Assembly: GCA_030265395.1 (NCBI GenBank) | Contig: JARFYF010000084.1 | Location: 76,806,960 to 76,870,959, forward strand | Source: Rhina ancylostomus | Taxonomy: Eukaryota | Length of the DNA: 64,000 bases | Reading direction: 5' to 3' | Part shown: in pieces, positions 24,968 through 36,885 of the stretch | Numbering within the stretch: position 1 is the stretch's first letter | Layout: every line of letters begins with the position of its first letter | The notes under the pieces: generated by a model | Told to the model about the DNA's origin: nothing | What the model saw: the letters and a program-made list of their open reading frames with translations, nothing else | Databases searched by the model: none | Made by a program: the position numbers and the translations under genes

Positions 24968-25293
24968 AGGGGCAGCACAGTGGCACAGCTAATAGAGCTG
25001 CTGTCTCACATCTCCATCAACCTGCATTCAACCTTGCCCACCACACGGAGCCTGCACATTCTCTTCGTAACTGCATGGGTTTCCTCCTGGTGCTCCAGTG
25101 TCCTTCCACATTCCAAGGCTACTATAAATTGCCCCTAATGTGTAGTTAAGTGGTAGATTTTTGGTTGGGGGCAGGGGAAAGAGTTGACGGAAATGTGAGG
25201 ACAATAAAAATAGATTAGTGTAAATGGATGCTTGATAGTTGATGTGGACTCTGGGGTGAACTGCCCGTTTCCATGCTATATGACTATGTCTAT
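24968..25293 (+). mobile_element. HE1/V-SINE-type SINE with CR1-like tail
   Basis: ggggcagcacagtggcacagct head, V-domain gggtttcctcctggtgctccagtgtccttccacattccaa, tail ccgtttccatgctatatgactatg. Confidence 0.7.
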
Positions 25294-25849
25294 CAGAAGT
25301 GAACATCAGTATGCTCTGTGCAGTAACAGCCACTTAGCGTAATCACAGGTAACTTTTCAATCACAGACTGGGGTGAGCACATTTTGCTTTGCAACAAAGT
25401 CAGTGACAAAGTAGTGATATGCAGCTCTGGAGATACAAGAGATTACAGATGCCAGAATATGGAGCAATAAGCCACCCTATGTAACTCTGTTGTTGTAAAA
25501 TACATAAATACATAGGCTATACAACTGGGGCAGACTACACTCCATTATGGTCCTAACACAGCACAAAACAGTGTATGCTTAAAGAATCTTTGCAAAGTTA
25601 ATAAAATCTGACAGAAACTTCAAGGAAGTAGAAAAGATGGCAGGGATTTTAGAAACATGACCTTGCAGTTTAAGTCAGATACAGTAAAGCACTGCTTTAC
25701 ACAGGTGATCAACAATTATCTGGTCACTTTTGCTGTAAGTCATCTATTTGCAACATCGCCTATTCTCTCTCTCTCTCTCACTGAGGAGGTCCCAGAACCC
25801 TGCATTTTGCAACATTTTACACTTCTTTGTTTGTATTAACACCCTCTAA

Positions 25850-26120
25850 ATGCCCCATTTACCAAAGACTGGGTGTCCTCTACAACTTATCCCCATAACA
25901 ACCCTAGCCTCACCCTATCACAGACATTCCCTTCATATTATCTAACCCTCCCTAAACCTTTTCTGCAACTTAAAACTATTTTTAACTCTTTTCCAGTTCT
26001 GATAAAGGGTCTTCACCCTGACACATCAATTCTATTGCTCTTTGCTGCCTGAGCTGCTAATTATTTCCAGATTTTCTCTTGTTGTTTCATATTTCCATTA
26101 TCTGCAGTTTTTTGATTTTC
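25850..26120 (+). mobile_element. Penelope-like 3' module with degenerate hammerhead
   Basis: cagtt-CTGATAA-AGGGT-CTTC-ACCCT-GACAC-ATC-AATT at 25994-26031, followed by the gctgcctgagctgct...tttccag tail. Confidence 0.55.
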
Positions 26121-29100
26121 CTGTTTGATCAACAATGATGGGTTGCTCAATGTGAAAATCCAAGCATTAAAAACCTGAGAACACACCAGAGCCAATATTC
26201 TGAAAATCTAAGAAAAAGGCAAAAGGTTCTTCAACCATTATAATTTTAAGATAACCCAGCACATTCATATCTAAATCCAGTACTTCCCTTCACAACTATC
26301 ACATGTAATATTATGCTTTGGGTATTTGTTGATGAGCTAACTTTCATGATTGCTGTGTTTAGATTTCTTGAATGGGTGCCACACAGGTCAAAAAGTTGCA
26401 TGACAGCACATTGCACGTTCCTTTCTCCCAACTCTTTTTGGAGAAGTTAATGGGAGAGGGAGTTGAAAATAAATCATTACTGTTCGTAACAATAGCTTCC
26501 AAATCCATCGCTTTTCAAATTAAAAACTATTTTTGGAATATAGTAGTGCACTGTTAAAACCTGTTTTGGAAGAGAGCAAATTCAGATATGTAACTATAAA
26601 AAATAATTTTGATAAATACCACTTCTCTCTGCATTGCCCTTAACTTATGATTTATTTGGAATTAAAAGGAAACACACTTATCCCACCTCTGAAATTGTGG
26701 TTTAACACCACTCCAGTCTGAACCAATGCCACAAGCAACAATTTTTTTGCCTATGTAGGAACTGCAATAAATTTATAAATAATTATTTCCAAGCAGTGAC
26801 CCACAGCATAAAACTATTTATTTTGTAACAATTTGGTAAGGTCAATCATAAGTGTCATATGTCTGACAAGTGGAGATACTTCAGCTATATTAACTTGGAA
26901 ATGTTTAATTCTCACACTTGAAGACAAGGGATTTTTAAAAACATATTCAGTTCCTCAACTCAATGAACACTGAAATTCTCAGTCTAAAAAGTTACCGGAA
27001 CTTCAAATAAATTTATTAGTCATGCCCAGTCATCCATTAAGTAGGACAAGTTTTTGCCAGTATGATTATCATAGCAAGTTGTGAAACGCTGGTACAATCC
27101 AAGAAAATAATAGGGTAAGACAATGACCAATTAAGGATGGCATCAATGATCTAAATTGTAGGAGCTATTGACTGGTGAAAATAAAATGGACCAAAGACAG
27201 ATGACTAATGGCCTCTGACTTTGCTGAGAGGGGCCCACCTCCAACAATTGTGAATGGAATGCGTCAACATCAGGTGTTTACCTTCTACGCTTCCAGAAAC
27301 ATAATCTCGCTATCTGAAGCAAACCTCGATTTGAGCAACAAGGGTTGAATGGCAACAGAACTGTGTATTGTAAATAATAACATGACTTGGGGAGAACAAA
27401 CTGTACCCATGCAATACTTAACTGATAACAAAGCCATGGTCCTGTCAAGCCCATTAAGGGTTCTCGATGTCTCTGTATCAATGTGCCAGAATGTGCTTGA
27501 AATGCAACTTCCTTCCTGCAGAGTGCAAATGCTTAGAAGCTCAACAAGCTCCTGCTTCACCATTATACTCCACATGTTGCTCAGTGGCAGACCACAACTC
27601 AGAATTGCCAACAGAACTTGGTTATCATTTGGAGCAACCAATCAGTATGGCAATTCCAAGTATAAGCCTGCCATATGCCAATGAAAACATGCAAGGATAA
27701 GTGCCAGCAGCTTCAAGAGTAAATGCCAGGAAAATTCAGCAAATCTGAACCACTGATGTTCCATAAGCAGGGTTATACTATAACTTGGATCAGGATTTTA
27801 AATATAGGGAGGCTGGTCACAGTCCAACTGCACATTCTTGCCCATTGTTGGTGTGATTTGGTTTCACAACCAAACTGAGACTGACACACATGACGGAGTC
27901 ACATCCCAGAAGCTGGAGGTGAGAATTGCATTATACCTTTTTTCGTTTTAAAAAAAGAGGAAGATACATTCTTTGCACATTTTAAAAATATTCCTCTATA
28001 TTTAGATAGTCATTCAAATACACACAACTCAAAAGCCTGTTTATTATTACCTTAGTACACAAGGTAAGTGATTGACAAATGTGAATCAACACTACATGAC
28101 TCTTGATCTAAAATAAATAAACTCCCCCCATTAACAGCCAATTTTTTTTTTGCATCAAGTGGACTGATTTATTTTATACACAATTTAATTTTGTTAATGG
28201 CTTTGGAAATGTCATTCCCAAACACTCACCTTTTTAATGAGGTTTGCATCACAGTAGCAGCAAATGTAGGTTGAAAAGATTACAAAGACTGTAAACATAA
28301 GTAATATTTCACCATGCCTTGTGTTCTCATTTCACTGTCCTGTTGATCACATGTGCACAACCACTTCTGAGATAGCACTGTAAGGGATTGGTGCTGACAA
28401 ATCCCATGGAACAAAACTAACTTTATCTATTTTGCTTAATCACCTCTGCAAATTCTGTGCATGATACACATGACTATCTGCACAGTTGTCCCACATAATG
28501 GTCCTGGACCTGTTACAAAAAAGGTTGGAAAAGAATTTCCGAGATTTTTGTTTTCTCCTCACTGGCCTTGTTCTTCTTCTTGGTTAATTGGCTCTCCCAA
28601 GAGATTGCATTAGTGCATGTAGACAGACCTCAACTTTCCACATATCATGAGTCTGCAGCTGACATAATCCATCAAGTTGGTCTTTGCCTGACTGACTGCC
28701 ATTTTCATGTTTGCATAATCCTCAACTGGTCTGCATGATTCTGTATTATTCTTTTCCCTACAGCACTGATATCTTATCTTTCTCTATTTCAGCTTCAGTT
28801 TTCTTTGGTTTGCAACAGAATGATGGTTTTCTATGGCTTGCATGTTAAGGTAAAAAAAACCCCTTCAGAACTAGACATTTGAGGATTAGATTCCTTGTGT
28901 GCCAAGTTAGTTGATCCCAAGTAATACAAGCTGTTACAAATGACCTCAACACCCCCAAATTAAGGGAGGAGAAAAATAACAATAAGAGTTCCAGATACCA
29001 AATGTCATCTAATTGACAAAGCTAGATTCTGTAGATGCTTGAAAATTTTAGTAACAGAAAATACTCAGCAGCTCAAGCAGCATCTGCAGAGAGAGAAACA

Positions 29101-29129
29101 GATTCACATTTAAGGCTGATGAATATGGG

Positions 29130-30010
29130 AACAGAAACAGACCATTTAGCCTCCTCGACATTCATTAAGATCAAGTTAGATCTTAATAACTCAAGTGAAC
29201 AAAAAGCTATTAATCTCAGATTTTAAACTACCAATTAACTCAGCATCAAGTGCTATTTGCAAGAGGGTTCCATCTTCTGCATCTATTTCCCCACTTCATC
29301 TCTGAAAGGCCTGGCTCTACAAGCACAAGTTCTATATCCCCACCAAACAGAAATAATTTCTATCTATCCATTTAGATTCCAGTGATATTTGGATCATTCA
29401 AATCATATGACTCCCATCTAAACTACAGGGAATACAACTCTGGATTCTGTTATCTTGCTTCATAATTCTTGAGGTCACAATTCCACACTGGTAAATCTGC
29501 ACTGCATCTCAACATCATTCCCAGGGTATGATGTTCAAATCCATTCATAATAATCCTGGTTTGGTTTAATCAAGATTTCCTATAGCTATGGAATAACCTC
29601 TGAGCCTCGAGAACTAGTCAAGCATTCCTGCAACCTTTTTGATTTGCATCTGTATATCCTGATGTTTTTGTGATCTATGTTCATGGACCTGCAAGTCTCT
29701 GGACCTCCACTACTTGAGCTGATAACTATAAGGATTCAAAGGGCCTTATCTTATAATAAAATTCATCTGCCATTTTTACCCATTCACTCAATCTATTGGT
29801 ACTTCTTTCTAACTCTGTGCTGCTGTCCTCATTGCTTACAAATCTGGCTATCATTGTCTCATTAGCAAACGTGGATACTTGGCTTGGATTTCTATCTCAT
29901 CATTCACGTACAGAGAACATCTGCGGCTACAACACTACAAGTGGAAACCTGCCAATTCGAGTACATGCTCATTAATTCACCAGTGTTTCCTGCCACTTCA
30001 GTTTCCCAAT
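29130..30010 (-). mobile_element. Decayed CR1-type LINE fragment
   Basis: gaccatttagcctcctcga...ttcattaagatca terminus and degenerate RT-like sequence (ttgtctcattagcaaacgtgga, the reverse complement of a FADD-like motif). Confidence 0.5.
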
Positions 30011-31054
30011 TAAGAGTGCCCTTTCAAGACACTGCATTAAATAAATTATCAATGAGTTAAAAAAACTTCCAGAAGGGTGACATGCAAGAATGCAAGAAAC
30101 AGCCAGAAACATCAGCTGTTTCCCTCTCCACAGATACTGCCTGACCTGCTGAATATTTTGAGAATTCTCTGCTCTAAATTCAGATTTCTGGCAACCACAG
30201 CTTTTTGCTCTAAAAACATTCAGCTGTCCACTAATTTCATTTCCTTTTCAAAGAAATTAACAAGTTTGTCAGGCAAGACCAACATTCTCACAGATCTGAT
30301 TAGAAGCTATTGACCTGAAACATTAACTCTTGCTACACAAATGCTGCCTGACATTTTAAAGAACTTCAGGCATATTGTTTACTTTCTTGCAATCATTCAG
30401 NNNNNNNNNNNNNNNNNNNNNNNNNNNNNNNNNNNNNNNNNNNNNNNNNNNNNNNNNNNNNNNNNNNNNNNNNNNNNNNNNNNNNNNNNNNNNNNNNNNN
30501 GGTACTTATTCTAGGCCCCTAATGGGGCTCAGGTGTGGATTTTTATGTAGTCAATCCAGCATGGAATCCATGTTCTGGCCAACAAGGCATTAATTGAGCC
30601 AAATTGAGGGCCAGAACTCAGAACCACGACACTTTATGCCGTACCACAGTCTGAAACATTCATTGGTCGTTGCAAAGAAGGTAAATTGGATTGGGAAAAT
30701 CCATTGTTATTCTGTCTGACTCTAGAGTCATTAGAATTAATGAAATGGCCATCACACGTGGGAAATTTATCCACCTAATATTCTTCCCATGACCAGTTTA
30801 CACCGATGCGATAAACATAATAGCCATGTGCCTCGAAATCACTCAAGTGCAGATAGATCGTCAACGTGATTTTTTGAAATTCCTCTGCCCACTGCAAATG
30901 AGGCAATGTTTCTGATAACCGTAGAAGAATGATAAATTGGTTCCAATTGGCCTGGTAGTCCATATACTGTGTTGAACCTACAAAAGTTGTTTAAACTCTT
31001 TTGAGACTATTTTGACAGCCAAGAATTTGAGCATTGTCTTGATGACTTGAATAG

Positions 31055-32385
31055 CCAGGCTACTTGACTACAGCTCCGACTTCAACACTATAATTTCAAG
31101 CAAACTCATCAGCAAACTTTGAGACCGAGGACTGAACACTTCGCTTTGCATCTGGATCCTTGACTTCTGAAGAACAGACCCCAATCAGTGAGGATAGTCA
31201 GCAACACCTCCAGTACGATTATTCTCAACATTGGCTTCCCACAAGGCAGAGTTTATTAAGTGTGTCCAGGACGGATTCCTCTCACAATATGTTGACAGGC
31301 CGACTGGAGGGAATTCCATATTAGATCTAGTATTAGGTAATGAACAGTGTCAGGTGCCAGATCTATTAGTGACTGAGCATTTAGGAGACAGTGACCACCC
31401 TTCCCTAACCTTGAGTATTGTCATTGACAAGGAGAGGAGCAAGTTGCCCATGCACTCATGACTGCGTGGCCAAATTCCGCTCTAGCCTCATCTACAAGTT
31501 TGCAGATGATGCCACCGTAGGGCCGTATCTCAAATAACGATGAGATGGAGTACAGGAAGGAGATGGCGAGCTTAGTGATATGGTGTCATGAAAACAACCC
31601 TTCGCTCAATGTTTACAAAACAAAAGAGTTTGTTAATTACTTCGGAAAGGGTGGGGGCGATGCACGTACACCTGTCTACATCATCGGTGCTGAGGTCGAG
31701 AGGGTTGGAAGCTTCAAGTTCCTCGTAGTGTACATTGCCAATAGCTTGTCCTGGTCCAATCTCGTTGACGCCACAGCCAGCGTCTGTATTTCCTCAGGAA
31801 GCTAAAGGCATTTGGCATGCACCTATGACATTCCGACTTTCATCGATGAACAATAGAAAACATCCTATGTGGATGTATCACGGCTTGTTATGTCAAATGC
31901 TCTGCCTGGGACCTTAGAAAACTGCAGAGAGTTGTGGAAACAGTTCAGCACATCACGGAAAACAGCTTCTTCTCCATGAACTCTGTCTAAACTACTCGCT
32001 GCCTCGGTAAATCAGCCAGGATAATCAAACATCCCACTCACCCCGGATATTCTTTCTTCGGCAGAAGACACAACATCCTGAAATCAGGTCCCACCAGGCT
32101 CAAGGATTCCTTCTATCCCGCTGTTTTAAGGATATTGAACGGTTTCATAGTACTATAAGATGGAATCTTGACCTCACAATAAACTTCGCTATGACATTCA
32201 TATTATTGTCTGCTTACACTACTGCATTTTGTTTGCAGCTGTAACATTTTACTTTGCATTCTGCATTGTGTCACTTTGTTGTGCCTCAATGCAATGTGTA
32301 ATGAATAGGTCTGCATTTTCCTCTCAGTACCTCGGTACAAGTGACAATAATAAACCATTTCCAATTTCAATTCCAATTCCAATGT
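31055..32385 (+). mobile_element. Rex1/Babar-type LINE, 5'-truncated RT plus 3' UTR
   Basis: Degenerate DYSSxFNTIIxSKLISKL, WILDF, RPQSVRI, THDCVAKF, YKFADD, KTKE and VERVGSFKFL, ending in gtgacaataataaacc plus (caattc)n-like repeats. Confidence 0.8.
31245..31443 (+). mobile_element. Internal CR1 endonuclease fragment nested in the Rex1 copy
   Basis: AEFIKCVQDGFLSQYVDRPTGGNSILDLVLGNEQCQVPDLLVTEHLGDSDHPSLTLSIVIDKERS, which carries the LDL and SDH motifs of the CR1 APE domain. Confidence 0.85.
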
Positions 32386-33124
32386 TGTTATGCTTCAATA
32401 TGCAAGTGTTTCGCGCCACAAACCTTGTGCGTTTCATTGAAGGGAATATTGTGTATAACAGTGTATACAGGATACTGAGGCGAAATTATTTTCTGTTAAT
32501 AGTTCTGGGAGAAATATTTTACAATCAGTAATTTATGGTGAGATTTGGAATATCCTATGGTTTGGGGCAGTGGTATTTGCTTTGAAACAGGGCTGTGGGG
32601 AAAGAGCGTGATGGTTGCATCACTCTGAAAGTAATGGAGCACGAATTCGACAGTCTGGTTCATTTTGAACTGTTAACATGCCATTGGCTATGGGACGTGG
32701 TACGAATAACAGATCATTGTATGTGGTGGAATTTCCAAGAACCTGATGCCCTTCGCTAATTTTGAGCTGCGAGAAGGAACTGATTGCAGCCAATTGACCA
32801 AGTTTAAAATGCAACACAAAACGTTGCAAAGTGTCCCTGTGGGTATGACCGAAATGTATTTCCACAGGAACCGTGAGTTATCACTTCTACCAACTGCGTG
32901 GACAGTTAACTGAAACAAATAAAGATTGAACATTCACGCAACTAGATTTATCACTCGGGGCGATTCGCCCACGAACTGAGTTGCAGCGAACTGGCAACAA
33001 CGAACTCCTTGGCTTGGCCAGTTCAGTTATTTTTGATGTAAGAAATTCACTCTGGGTTTAACTACCAACAACAATTCACAGTGCTTTCAGTGTTTACTTC
33101 CATCCACGATGGAGGAACATAGAT

Positions 33125-33715
33125 TCATCAACATCCTGATAAATCCCCTCTGAACTATTTCCAAAGCTTTCATTTCCTTCGTATAATGAGGCGACCAGAA
33201 CTAGACACAGGACTCGAACAAGACACAAAACTCTAACCAGAGTTTTGTAGAGCTGAATCATTACCTCGCGGCTCTTAAACTCACTCCCACGAATTATGAA
33301 TGTTAACATCCCATTGTCAATGATTTTTCATGTCCCTTTTGGCTCTCCTCAGCCCCTTCTTAAGGTCCTTCCTCGCTAACCTATATTCCACAGGAGACCT
33401 ACCTGACCCTTGCTGCCTAAACCTTATGTATGCTGCCTTCTTCCTCCTAACGAGATGTTCCACTTCTCTTGTCAACCATGGTTCCTTCACCCTGCCATTC
33501 TTTCTGTGCCTCACCAGGGCAAATTTATCCCTAACATCCTGCAAGAGATCCCTGAACAATGATCACATCTCCATAGTACATTTCCCTTCAAAAACGTCAT
33601 CCCAATTTACACTCGCCAGTTCCAGCCTTATAGCCTCATAATTTGCCCTTTCCCAATTAAATATCTTCCTGTTCTCTTTACTCCTATCCTTGTCCATGAC
33701 AATCCTAAAGGTAAA
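33125..33715 (-). mobile_element. CR1 LINE fragment(s): post-endonuclease linker joined to RT C-terminus
   Basis: FRIVMDKDRSKENRKIFNWERANYEAIRLEL...EPWLTREVEHLVRRKK...LRRAKR directly followed by MLTFIIRGSEFKSREVMIQLYKTLVR. Confidence 0.8.
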
Positions 33716-33724
33716 TTCCCCTCG

Positions 33725-33948
33725 ATTTCCCCAGATTCTACCAGATAGCCACACACAAGGAGTAATTTATACTAGCCAATTAACTTGCATGTCCTTGGGA
33801 TATGGAAGGAGATGGAGCAACTGGGGGAACACATTCAGTCATAGGGAGAATGTGCAGACTCCACAGAGATTGCATTGGAGATCAGGATTGAACCTGAATC
33901 ACTGGAGCGGTGAGGCAGCAGCTTTACTGGCTGTGCCACTGTCACCCA
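33725..33948 (-). mobile_element. V-SINE/HE1-type SINE
   Basis: Reverse complement has a gtggcacagccagtaaagctgctgcctcac head and a V-domain-like core. Confidence 0.65.
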
Positions 33949-34099
33949 CAGTGATATCATTCCCCATGACAGCTTCAAAATATTAAATATAAGATAGGTA
34001 ACCCCTTCAAAAAATTGGCCAAGAAACTACTTAGGCATCATCTTCAAACCCATGTACTCAAAGGGTATCAGGTTGTTTTCCCCAGAGAGACTGGCTCAC

Positions 34100-34160
34100 C
34101 TGCATATTTTGCTTTGTTGTTTTCATCCATGGACCAGAAGCAATGGTCAAAAGCAAAGAC
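34100..34160 (-). CDS. KIF13A: Kinesin-3 motor-domain exon, 61 nt (probable exon 4); not in the ORF track
   Basis: Reverse complement reads ttttaattag|GTC TTT GCT TTT GAC CAT TGC TTC TGG TCC ATG GAT GAA AAC AAC AAA GCA AAA TAT GCA G|gtgagc = VFAFDHCFWSMDENNKAKYA(G). In frame with the 93-nt exon. Confidence 0.92.
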
Positions 34161-34710
34161 CTAATTAAAACAAATATCAAATTCAACTTTTACACATGTA
34201 TTACTTAAGAAATATGTCATGTTTCTAACCTCTAACAGACCAAATGAGTAACTTTTGGTATGATTGGGATAGACGGAGCAAGTTGACCATTATTTTGGTT
34301 AAATTCCATCTCTTCCTTAAATTTGGCAATGTTCTTCTTAACTGTCAACCTAACTCAGCAGATGACACCTTAGTAAAATGACTCATTTAAAGATTTTCAA
34401 TAACAAGTCATCGACAGAATCTCATTGTAGTAGGAATGCAAAATTACAAGGAAAGCAATTTACCAAACATACTTTAGGCAATGATTTAACTCTAATAATT
34501 TTTTTAAAATAATGATTGTTTTGTCTCTTGACAGCTACGTGGTTTCTCCAATGAAGTACTAATTCCAAATCTGCAAAATATCCAAAATATGCAACCAAAT
34601 TTTTTATTTCAAAATTAGCCATACAAATTCTGCCTAATTTGTGTGCAATACTTTATATTTTAAAACTATCAGGTAGAATGCATTCTACCAAATAGAATTA
34701 GCTGACATAC

Positions 34711-34723
34711 CTTAGGCACTTTC
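34711..34723 (-). CDS. KIF13A: 13-nt coding microexon (probable exon 3), (R)KVPK
   Basis: Reverse complement reads ctgctgtaaaag|GAAAGTGCCTAAG|gtatgt. It ends in phase 0, 550 nt upstream of the 61-nt exon, and matches the recalled 13-nt RKPPK exon of human KIF13A. Confidence 0.85.
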
Positions 34724-36094
34724 CTTTTACAGCAGGGTCAGTCCATCAGAGTAGAATGTGTTGAGAAATGCAGAGATCCACCAGGTAACCCACAAGGATT
34801 TTTTTGGGGGAAGAAAAAAAGAACAAAGTTAATTTCCAGTATATTTATCAGTGAAGATCACCTGATACACAAGCATTTTCATTTCAAACTCCTTTCTCTA
34901 CAAGTGCAAAAAAAAAGCTTTTGCAGTGAACTGAAGTTTAGTTTCACTATTGAATTTGATAAACATTATTTGCAATCAACAAAGATGAATAATAGGCAAG
35001 ATACATCTTATTAAGATAAAGACATTTGCAGCCAAAAGTAATAGACTTGCAGATAGCAACTGATCTACATCAGGGAATTCCAGGCTATAATTATATCAAG
35101 AGAGAATGATGAATTAGTGATTAAGAAGTTTCAGGTAGTTGCAAACATAACAACAGCTCAGTAAACAGCAATTGCACTTATGTAGCCCATTACCAAATAA
35201 TCCCAGCACTCTTATTGCACACCCAGTCTCAAGTATTCATAGAATTCACGTAATTCATCTCAACAATCTGTAGACACTCAGGTTAAATGCACAACTTTGT
35301 ATATATATTTTGATCATAAAATGTTACACTATTACTGTATGAAAAGGCAAAATTTAAAGTATCAAAGATGCTTTTTCACATTGGTAATGCTAAATAATTT
35401 GTCCAGTATTATCTGTTCGGAGATGATGTAGGTTAAAAGTAGTCACCATAAGATGCGAAAGTAACAGAATAAAAATGATGTATTAACATAATAATATAGA
35501 TATTACAGGCAAAAGCTAACAACTCACATCCATTATACCAGTGTCTATTGAACTATTCATACAGACTTCTTGGCTTTTCCAAATGATACCACAACGATTT
35601 CAGTGCTCAAGCACAAGCATTTGATGCTCGATTTGAGATTACCTTTTCAGCAGCAGCATTAAAAATTTATTTGCTCCATTTAGAATTCACTAAATGTCCA
35701 AAATTTGTTGATCATTTATGAAACCATGTAGTGTTCGGAAATGTTCCTCAGTTTCCAAAGAAATTTGTTCTGAGATATGATGCAAAAATAAATCAGTTAT
35801 GAAAACATGCATGGATCCCATCTAAGAGACACTGAGCAAAGGCTACCTTTCTTAAATCCATTCTCTTCAAAGTTAGTATTTTCTCAATTAAAATCACGAG
35901 TCACCAGATTTGTAGAATTGTGCAAAAGAATTCTACAAATAAAACCATTCCTGGAAGATAAGGTCAAATTTGATTTTTTTAAATTAAAATGTGACAAGCG
36001 ATTTATATTAAGAAACAAATTTAAGGATGTTAGACTGAAAAAGCCTTCCAACTCAAGATCTGTGGTACTGACACCACAAATAACACCTTGTTGC

Positions 36095-36885
36095 AAGAGT
36101 AAACAAAACTGTAGATGCCAGAATCTGAAACTAAAATACAATGCTGTCAAGCAGCACCTGTGGAATGAGAAACTAGTCAATGTTTCAGGTCCCCCTTCTT
36201 CAGAACTGGGGGAAATAGCAGAGCACAGGAGGGGTTGAGGGGGGTGAGGGGAGTCAAGACAAAAGACAAGGCAAAAGTTGGAGACAAGTTAAAATAGATT
36301 AGATGATAAGGAGCATGAATACTGACCATTAGAGAAGGTGTCTTGAACAAAAACGGGGTGAGAAAAGGAACAAGCATGATAATGGGAAACAATGAGTGAG
36401 CAGTGTACCTGAAGTTGAAGGGTTTAACGTTCATTCCAATTGGTTGTAAAATGTCTCAACAGAAGAAATGGTTCTTCTGGTTTACGTTGAGCTTCACCAT
36501 AGCAGTGGAGGTGGCGCAGACAGACAGACAGAAAGGGGCAATGAACAAACTGCTGGAAGAACTCAGCAGGTCAGGCAGCATCCATGGAGAGAGAGGGATG
36601 GTCAACGTTTTGGGTCAGGACCCTGCATCACTGACCACCAAATGCAGAATACCAGATAGGAAGGAGTGCAAGTGATCGTTTGGGCCTTTGGATGGTGGGA
36701 AGGGAAGAGGTGAATGGACAGATGTTGCACACCCTCTGTTAGTTCAAAAAAGTGCTGTGGGATGAGGAGTGGTGGATGGGAGTGAAAGAGTGGACCCCGA
36801 GTCATGAAGTGAGCAGTTCCCATAGAATGCAGAAAGAGGAGCAGAAATTAAGATGTGACTGGTGGTGGGATCATGTTAGAGATGG
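36095..36885 (-). mobile_element. Penelope-like element: GIY-YIG C-terminal remnant, 3' UTR and hammerhead, with a second 3' module inserted at ~36540-36630
   Basis: The minus strand near 36405-36515 resembles the Penelope endonuclease end (KxEExxxxF.LG.LQP.GMN.xF.NFR). It is followed by a C/T-rich UTR, the hammerhead at 36175-36207 and the common tail. Confidence 0.6.
36175..36207 (-). ncRNA. Putative minimal type I hammerhead ribozyme with intact core
   Basis: Reverse complement AGTT-CTGAAGA-AGG-GGGA-CCT-GAAA-CA-TT-GACT: CUGANGA and GAAA boxes, stem I AGUU/GACU, stem II AGG/CCU, UH site. Confidence 0.6.

Noticed and set aside
27180-27720. Cluster of 67-118-aa ORFs, possibly an RTE-type LINE remnant
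   Set aside because: Only a faint GRKLHFKHIL resemblance, too decayed to call as a gene or a named element.
30775-30963. 62-aa protein-looking minus-strand ORF (MDYQANWNQF...)
   Set aside because: It is short, matches no family I recognise, and has no convincing splice context.
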